NCBI GenBank assembly: GCA_013265495.1
Contig: MU057521.1
Span: 1,500,335-1,564,334, forward strand
Reading direction: 5' to 3'
Source: Vicugna vicugna
Taxonomy: Eukaryota
Length of the DNA stretch: 64,000 nucleotides
In this document: piece after piece, positions 55,201-64,000 of the stretch
Position numbering within the stretch: the stretch's first letter is position 1
Layout of the letters: each line of letters starts with the position of its first letter
Program-made: the position numbers and the translations under genes
Notes under the pieces: generated by a model
Told to the model about the DNA's origin: nothing
The model's input: only the letters and a program-made list of their open reading frames with translations
The model's database searches: none

Positions 55201-56824
55201 CAAATTTCACTGCTTTTGCTTGGTATACAAATTAAAGTTGACATGGTCCATGAAAGATACTAGCTACAGGTGTCAATCATATAATGAGCTTTCAGTGCAG
55301 TACTATGAATCCATAGCTCTCAATAAATATTATAAAGATGAAAATGATAAACATTCTTTTAGAAGCTACATACAAGGCCAGCATACCCATCAGCAAATCC
55401 TCTAGGGTATCAGGAGAAGAATTCTAGCACATGCTTTGATTTTAAATTCTTCACATTCCACTGACTTTATTACAGACCTCAGCACTTAACATTTTCTTCC
55501 AGATTCCTCCTCCTAGTATAAGTCTGCAGGAGCCACTTTGGTTGAATTAGCACAGAATCTTCAATAGGTCAGGAGATCATGGCCATCCTTCAACCTGGAG
55601 CTCAAAATCAAGCTTTTGCTGTGGACAGAAACATCTAGATGGGCTGCATGAACCGGGGTGAAGGCAGCGTCTCAGCACTGCTAAAATGGCAAAGCAGATG
55701 TGGCAGGTACTGTTCTTCACTGTTGACTAGAATTTTTAATTCCCCACCAAAGAACTTGAACCATAAATTCAAGGTAAATGAAGAGGCATCCTTTAGAAGG
55801 TAAACTTCATCTATCCCACTTGTAGGCTCCCAAGACAGTGACTTAAGTGGCTGATGTGAGTTCAGACTTGTACAAAATAGCTTCCCGGTTTCCTGACTCC
55901 ACCACACCTGCCCCAGCCCGGAGCCTTCTAAGTCCTGATGACTTTATATTTCATAGCTGTCCCCTGCTGCCCAGAAGTCTTGCTTGCACTGCTGTGGCTT
56001 GCCTGAGGCCAAAGAGCTTCAGGTCAACCGGCAAGTAGTATCTGCTATTTTTTTCTCCCAACTTTCTGAATGATGTCAGCTCCAGACCTGACACGGAGCA
56101 GAATGGAGCAGATGGGGGACTCGGAGGTACTGCTCCCGGGGACCAAAGGGAAAGCAAGGCAGGGACCACACTAGCATCCAAGGATGAGGTGGGGGATGTG
56201 CACTCAGAAGTCCAAAGAGCGTCCACCAGGCAGCGGTTCATATAGAACCCCAGCTGGTCACTGGGACCAGGGAATGGATGTGACACTAACAAGAGAGCTG
56301 GACCTCAGGATCAGGAAGGGCTCCAAGCTGAGAGAACCAGCTTCTGGGCTGGGCTGGGCTGGATTGCCTGTCGGAGTGAGCAGTAAGGACTGAGGCCAAA
56401 GCTTGGTTCTGGACCCTGGATTAAGGAGACAGATTCTATGACTCAGAATCTCTACCGGGGGGGTACTGACCCTAGTGTGGTTCACTCATTCAGCATCTAC
56501 TCTGAGCTATTCCTAAGGCTGGACTGTGTACCAGGGGCTGGGAACACAGCAGTGAGTGAGACCGCGCCTGCCTTCATGGAAAAAACATTCTGTGAAGGTT
56601 TTTCAGGAGGAAGAGTTAGGATCGACTGCAAAATTTAGCAGTTATAACTGGGCCCCAGAACCCACACCTGAGCCAGTGACTTTATTCTCAGTCTGCCAGA
56701 TTATTTATCAGTTCCTGCCTTCATCATATTCGGATCCAGAATGAGATGGGACTGTCCGTGGGCAGGAGAGCATCACTGAATGGGAAACCTGGGAAGACGC
56801 CACTAGTGGGTTCTGCACACCTGT

Positions 56825-57512
56825 GTTCACGGTGGCATTGTTCAGTGGTCAACAGTGTCAACCACGCAAATGCCCAATGATGGATGAATGGAGAAACAAA
56901 ATGTGGTCTATACATACAATGGAATATTAGACTGGAAAAGGTAGGAAATTCTGACACATCCTATATGAATGAACCCTGAGGACATTATGCTAATTGAAAC
57001 ACACCAGTCACAAAAACAAAAGTACTGTATGATTCTCCTCAAATTTGGTACCAAGAGTTGTCAAATTCATAGAAACAAAGTAGAATAGTGGTTGCCTGGG
57101 GCTCTGGGAGTTAAGGAGAAACCAGGAGTTGTTCGATGGATATGGAGATTCAGTTCTGCAAGATGAAAAAGTTCTGGAGATCAATTTTACAACAATGTGA
57201 ATAAACTAACGCTTCTGAGCTGTACACTTAACAATGGTTAAGGTGATAAATTTTCTTTTATGTGTTTTTCACAATATAAACAAACAAACAAATAGAAGGA
57301 AAAAAATAAAGGAAATTCTGACACTTACTACAACATGGATAAACTTTGAAAACAATTATGCGAAGTTAAATAAGTCAGTTACAAAAGGCCAAGTACTGTA
57401 CAATTCCATTCATGGGAAGTACCTGGAATAGTCAACTTCATAGAAACAGAAAGTAAAATAGTGGCTGTCAGGGGCTGGGGAGAAGAGGGGAATGGAAAAT
57501 TCGTGCTGAATG
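56825..57512 (+). mobile_element. Two adjacent L1MB-like 3' fragments
   Basis: aaaatgtggtctatacatacaatggaatatt...; aggaaattctgacac occurs at ~56943 and ~57310, each followed by homologous but diverged L1 3' UTR sequence. Confidence 0.75.
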
Positions 57513-57627
57513 AGGCTCCCAAAGAATAAACTAACCTGTTCTCTAGTGAAACAAAGCAAATCTGGAAAGAAGCAGAAGCATGGGAAACAGTGAGAGACTG
57601 ATCTTTTCTATGAGTTTAGCTTTGCCA

Positions 57628-57760
57628 GTGGCTCAAACATTTTGAGCATCTGAATCCCTTGGAGGGCTTGTTAAAACAAGATTACATTTGCATCACCAAC
57701 AAGCTACTAGGTAATGCTGACACTGCTGATTCAGGGACCACACACTTTGAGAACCGCAGG
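57628..57760. mobile_element. MER5-like DNA transposon fragment
   Basis: cagtggctcaaac...gcatctgaatcccttggagggcttgttaaaaca...ggaccacacactttgagaacc. Confidence 0.65.
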
Positions 57761-60311
57761 CCTCAAAACCAAAGCTCCTTGAAGTGTCAACACCACAGAC
57801 CAGGGATTCTCAAATTTTAGCAAGAAGATCTCCATGGAATGCTTGTTGCAATTCCAGAGTCCCGAACCCTTACATGTCTACCGTTTTCAAGCTTCCCTAG
57901 CTGATTCTGATGCAGTAGGTTTTCATTCCCCAGTGAATGCTGCCCTAAGCATGCAGGAATTAGCCCAGTGGTTCTCAGATGTGGTCTGTGGACCAGCAGC
58001 AGCAGCGGCACCTGGGCACTAATTAGAGAACCCAATTCTCGGGCTGCATGTAACCAATTACTGGAGAAAGGATGGATGATTCTTCTTTTTTTTATGTTAA
58101 CCTGGAAATGTGATTTGTCTAGGGTTGAAAAAGTTAATGAAGAGAATTAGAAATACTCTGGCACCAGAGGCCACATGTAGCATAATTAATAGAAACGATA
58201 AGGAGGCAGATTTTGACTTGGTAAAAGGAAAAGCATTCTTACGATTGGAGGGCTCTGGCCATCCCCTGGGAAGGGTTTTCTTGGGATGTAGTGATCGCAG
58301 TCTCATTGGATATGTTCTATCTGGATGCTGTGAGGAAATCTAAGAGTGATCTAGACAGCTCAAGGGTTTCCAGATGCCTGTCTGAACAATGTCAGTATCA
58401 GAACGACCAGGTATTGTTAAATAAATTCTGGAGTCCTGCTCACAAAGATTCTGATTTGGCAGGGATGGGGTGGGACTCTGGCATTGCAGGTTAATTTGGG
58501 AATACAAGTCTGAGAATTGCTAAACTAGACATATTTGATGTCCCTTTCCAATTCTATAACTGTATGAAAGAGGACAGAGAAGTTAGCTTCTAAAGGTTGA
58601 AAAATGAGAAAAAAAAATTAAAGAATTCTCTCCTTCAGATAAGAAGTTTACATGAAAAAGTAGTAGGGGTGGTGGTGTTTTCAGCTCTAAGGGCACCTTT
58701 AAGAAACGAGTTAACTATAGCAGAAAGGATTTGGATTAAAGGAAGAAAACTTTCTTAGCAAAGAGGATAATTAAGCATCGGGATGAGCTAAAAGAGTGGA
58801 TTCTGGAATCTCTTATCTAGAGATTCCTAAAGCTAGGACTTCTCATCTCTCTGGAACAATGTTGGGGATATTTTACATTCCCTTTAGCCCTGATGCTAAT
58901 GTTCTCATTTATGTCACAGCACAGTGAACTAATGTACTGTTTCCCTCAAACTTCTAGAAGAGCCATCAGGAAAGTTTCCCTCATTATTAGATTGCTAATA
59001 AGACAGAATAAGCAAATGGTGAACAGATAAAATATTCCCGCACTAAGACCAGGTTTGACCAGGAGGACAATCCCATTTCTCGTTGCCCCATCACTTAATT
59101 CCCTGTGTACCCACAGCTTTTGTCTTGAGTGTTCGTTCCATGGGCATCAAGTCTCCCATGTAGAAAAATAGGAAACTTCTACCTGACAATATTTCTGTGG
59201 TTCTGATTTTGAGGTGTGATTACAGTTAGACATCAAGGCCAAGGCTGCTGGAAAGGGAAGACGTTGAGGTGAACAGGGAGGCAGGAAGGAAGCTCCTGAA
59301 CAAATACAGATATGAATAGCAACTGGAGAGAACAGGCCCCGCCCTGGCAGGGAAGTGGGGAGCTGACCTGGAGCCAGGGCAGGGATGTGGGACCCGAGGA
59401 GAGGCGGCGGCAGCCGCTGCTTTCAAATCTCTCAAGTATTTCTGCTTCAGGAAACATAGTCATAGGGAGACCCTTGTATTTTTTCAGTTGGAAGCATAAG
59501 CTAACCGATATAGAGATGATGAAAACCCTCCAGAGTTGTCCAGAAAGTCCAGAAGACCCCCTCTTTCAACGAGCATGCTCACGAAGTGCAGTGCAGTGCA
59601 GAGGTTTAAAACACTGGCCCTGGAGTTGGGTGACTTGGATTATATCCTTTCTCTACCACCTGACCATGGCCAAGTTTCTTACCGCTTCCAGCCCTCCGTT
59701 TCCTTATTTGGGATGTGAGGACAGTAAACAGAACTGGGCTACTGATGCGATTTCAGGAGATAATGACTATGGGCAGGGGCTGGCCCACGATAAGCGCTCA
59801 ATAAATGTTAGCCTTGACCACCTTTCTAAAGAAATGCGCGGCTAAGCTCTAAGATTCACTGAAGCAGTGCCTCCCTAATGCTGGGCTGACACCTGGCACC
59901 AGCCTGTGACAGAATTTTCAGCATTCCTTAGCAAAACGGGAGAAATAAGGACCATGTCCCGGGTGTGCATGTGGGCACTCGGTTGCTGATGACAGCTTTC
60001 TTCTACTCGGAGAATGCCCAATACCCTTTGCTTTTGGAAATAATGAGCATAGTAGGAGGTACTTTTAGTTTCATGTTCTTTGCAGCTTTGATTTTTTTTT
60101 TTTCAGGTCCATGAAATCTGAGAGTCTGGGAACCAATCTTTTTTAAAAGGTAAGAGAAGCACAAAGAGGGGCGGGGAGGCCCCACTTCTCACACCAACAC
60201 AGGTTTCTCATGTTCTTCCTCATCTATGAATTTTGTGTTCCTTGGCCAATTTCTACATGTCTTTGGGTATGTTTCTAGCTTTCTTCTCCCCATTGCTTTT
60301 GCTCCAGCCAG

Positions 60312-60884
60312 TGGGAGGTAGCAGAATATGTCGCCCCAGAACATGGCACTTCGGCAAAGGGATTATTTTGAGCTGAAGGCAATTGAGAAGAAATAAGATT
60401 CAGGAAAAGCTCTCCCCTCCTCCATCCCACCCTCATATTCACCTCAAAGCAGGACATAAATTTGTAAAGATGTTGCCCCTCCCTCAACCAGGAAGGACAG
60501 AAGTACTGGAGACAACTTTAGACCCTTACCTAGAAGCAACCTACATTACAAACTTTACTAGCGAACCCTTATCTCCCATTAGTTCCTCCATATATTTACC
60601 TTCCCACCCTAGAAACTCAAAGTCCTTTTCCTTTGTCTTATCACTTCCCTAAGCCTTTATTTTTATTTTGTTAAGACGCTATACAAGCCCAAGTTCTAAC
60701 CACCCCGTGAATTATTCATCTCTGAGTGTCCCCATGTGTATTACGTGTATTACGTGGCTGATACACGTCTTAAGAAACTAGTCTTTCTCTTGTTAATCCG
60801 TCTTTTGTTAGTCTAACTGACAAGGCCCTAGCCAATGAACCGAGGAGGGGAGAGGGGAAAAAAAAGTTTTTTCCCTCTTCTATA
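60312..60884 (+). mobile_element. MER34-like ERV1 solo LTR
   Basis: cagaatatgtcgccccagaacatggcacttcggcaaagggattattttgagctgaaggcaattgagaag matches the recalled MER34 5' end; ends ...gttttttccctcttctata. Confidence 0.75.
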
Positions 60885-62758
60885 CTCTATAGGCCATTTT
60901 CTCCCCACCCACTCCTTTTTTTTTCTTTTTTTAATTCTCTGTCCTGTTTTTCCTCCCCTTTACACACTTCATTTCTGTCCCCGATTTTGCTCCTGAGACT
61001 TTCTTTTTTGGTCACATGTGCTGCATCCCCACATGTGCCCACTCCCCCAGGGACTGGTGGAGGACACCTAGGTGCTGTGCCCTGTGGGGCAGATGCTTTG
61101 CCCTGTCCCTCCAGACAGAGGTCTTTGCAGAGGACAGAACAACAAATGAGGCCTTCAAGATTGATCTTTCCATGTCCAGACAGTGATGTGTCATTAATTG
61201 AGATGTTCCATTTTAGCGCCAGAGGATGGCTCATTGCCCGTAACCCTTCCAAGAGGGATACATTTTGGGCAATGAATTTGAGGGAGAGAAGTCCAGCTCT
61301 GTACAAACTCTGAGGATCAGAGCCAAGGCACAGATACGAAACTATGATTTTAGCATTTTCCTTGAAATTTGGGGGTGAGACATTTCTCTCCTTTAGAGAG
61401 CCAACTCAGCCAACATGTCCTGGTTTGCCAGGACTTTCTTGGTTTCAGCTCTCAAAGTCCATTGTCCTGGGAAGGCCATGGCAAACTGGGACAGTTGGTC
61501 ACTGGAGAGCCAATAGTGACCAACCCTCACTGGACTATCTGTCCAAGATTAGGCACACATAGGCCTAAATCCAGAGAAGGAAACCAACACTGAAGGGGCT
61601 GGAGTCATTTAACCCAGAGACGAGAAGGCTGGTAGGCAGTATGGGCAGGGGCTGTTTTGGTGACAACCTTCATGTGTTTCCTGGGCTAAATGTGTGCACA
61701 GCTGCTGTCCACCCCTACCCCAGCCCAGAGCCAGAGGAAATGGGTGTGAGCAGAGCCCAAACTTACACCACCAAATTTCCTGACAGAAAGTATTCTTAGA
61801 CACTAGAATAAGTTTCTAAGACAAATTAGGTATTGTCTTTGGAAGTCTTTAGCACAGTGAATTCTGAAGGGCTTTCAGAGTTTAGGTGTGGCCCAAGAGC
61901 CGAGGGGATGGTCCAAAGGCATTTCCAAGATTCCTTCCAACCTTAAGATTCTGTTTCCATCCACCCATCTTTTATGACTCTGATGCGTGTTCATGTCCTC
62001 TTTTGCCTGTAGTTAAACCAAACGATGACCAGGAAAAAGTGCTGTGATTATAGTCTTGTGGAGGAGACAGTTGAGGTTTTCCAAAGCATGATGGAGAGGA
62101 AAGGTCAGTGTATTTGTTTCTCCCTAAGGAATGTTTAAATTTATACAAGGTTATTAATGGTCAATTTCATGACAGTAATATTAGAAATTTAAAATAAGGA
62201 GAAAAATTCCTTGTGATACTATTACTCCAACAGACTGAGTAGCCTACCTTCTCTTTCTGCTCACTGGCCTGACATTTCCCTCCGACTTCCTTAATGTTTA
62301 ACCTAGCATCCAACCTTACCTACACAGGATTTGTACATTATGGCACTGGACCTTATTGAATGATGAGAGTAAAATGCAAAGCAAAACAAAGTAAAAAAAA
62401 AAATTCTGTGTAACCAACCTATTTCCAATTTTCAAAATCAGCTCATTTTCCTTCATGGAATTGTTTCACATTCTGGGAAATCGAGCTGAGCCATCTGGTG
62501 AGTTGCTGTGGTTAGAATGGACAGGGTTTTGGTGGTGGTGGGTGCTTGTTGTTTTAGGAATGTTTCCCACTTTATATAAACAGTTCTATTTGTTGAAAAT
62601 TGAGCACTACCTACATGACACCTGAGCATCTTTCCACTGTGCTTTTCTGATACTGTTCCTTATCACTGATACCAGCCCACCAACTCTGAGGTCAGAAGCT
62701 GATGGCATACACTCTTTAACTGTCTCCCTCTGATCAGCTCCTTACAGGAGTTCCTCAG

Positions 62759-63100
62759 TATATTAGTCAGTGTTCTCCAGAAAAACAGAACCAATGGGAT
62801 GTGAACATATGGAGAGAAAGAGCGATTATTTTGAAGAATTGCCTGGCAAATATAAAATCTGTAGGATGAGCTGTCAGGCTCAAGTCCAAAGGCTGCCAGG
62901 CTGGAGGGAGGTCCATCTTCACAGGCCTTTGACTGACTGGATGAGGCTCACCCACAGTATAGAGGGCAATCTGCTGTACTTAAAGTCCACCAATTTAAAT
63001 GTTAATCTCTCCTAAAAATACTCACAAAACATCAAGAGTGATGTTTAATCAAATATCTGGGCACGATGGCCCAGCCAAGTTGATACATAATATTAATTTT
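62759..63100. mobile_element. MLT2-like (ERVL) solo LTR
   Basis: tattagtcagtgttctccagaaaaacagaaccaatggga...gactggatgaggctcacccacagtatagagggcaatctgc...gcccagccaagttgatacata. Confidence 0.85.
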
Positions 63101-63868
63101 TATGTGTCATTACATTGGATTCTTAGATTCTTATTAGCACAGTCCCCTGTCCTAATGCTGACACTGTCCCCACCCAATCCACCACACTCACACCTGTAAT
63201 CTCATCCTGGCTTACTCTGTGGGGAAGACGGGAAAGGAAGGTCTGTTCCACAAATTCAGACGGCTACAAAAAACTCAACCAGGTGTAACCAAAGTAATAA
63301 GATGAGGGCCAGGGCAAATTCTCAACTAACTCAAGAAACAACACGTTCATTCAGGTAAGAATATAAAAAAGTTTTGGTTTCACCTTTAGATGTAAATTCG
63401 ATGCAACAAATTATGCCCAAGAGAGGTACAGGGTAGGAGGCCCTGCATAGATACTGAGTCATATTTAAAGAAATGTTACAAAGCATGGCCATAGAGCAGA
63501 ATGCACTGCGAAGGCAAGTTTGTGGGTAAGAGGGAAGGAGACCTCTAGCCTTTCAACACGTGATTTCAGCAATAAGCCTGGGGGTCCTCTACATGAGTTC
63601 TTCCTTGAACAAAAGGAAAGATGCCTTTGTTTTGTTTTGTTTTCCACTGCGCCTCCGTTTAGAATTTCAGGCTAATAGTGATGCTAGTGGTACCAGCAAA
63701 ATGTTGCCAAAGTTGGGGGGATCACGCTGCATTTTGTATTCTATTTACATAAAAGAGGCTCTTTTTTGTTTATAAATATTTTTACTTGGTCTTTCAAATC
63801 ACAACTGTAGGTAAAACTCATGTTGTCATTAGCAGCAGGTACATGTACACATATAAAGCTAAATTTCT

Positions 63869-63918
63869 GTGCTCACTTTGGTAGCACATATACTAAGCAC
63901 TGAGAAACAAAACAAAAA
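63869..63918 (+). pseudogene. 3'-truncated U6 snRNA retrocopy
   Basis: GTGCTCACTTTGGTAGCACATATACTAA matches U6 nt 1-28 with 3 substitutions; A-rich tail; exact TSD CTAAATTTCT at 63859-63868 and 63919-63928. Confidence 0.88.
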
Positions 63919-64000
63919 CTAAATTTCTGATTTTATTTTATTATAGTCCCTTAATTGCTCCCATTATTCCACTCTCATAAACGTCCATTCTGGGTTTTAA

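Overview
Mammalian genomic DNA, probably a camelid (inferred from a tRNA-derived SINE resembling the camelid vic-1 family). Positions 871-~26150 hold the 3' part of ZCCHC2 on the + strand. There are 11 coding exons with GT-AG introns that I spliced by hand into one intact frame of 2403 nt (800 aa plus stop), ending in a CCHC zinc knuckle and ...DTLDSAD*, followed by a ~2 kb 3' UTR with AATAAA. The gene's 5' exons lie upstream of the window. The remaining ~38 kb is intergenic and rich in repeats. It includes CTCF-like sites, a deleted ERV1 provirus bounded by a 4-bp target-site duplication (TSD) with a tRNA-Arg-like PBS, a probable half-L1 (ORF1-only) element nested in an older L1, solo LTRs, L1/L2/MIR/MER fragments, a 100-bp tandem duplication and a TSD-flanked U6 fragment. 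I found no convincing novel multi-gene system. The best leads are RNA-level features of ZCCHC2 and the mobile-element architecture. Repeat family names come from recalled consensus sequences, not a database search.
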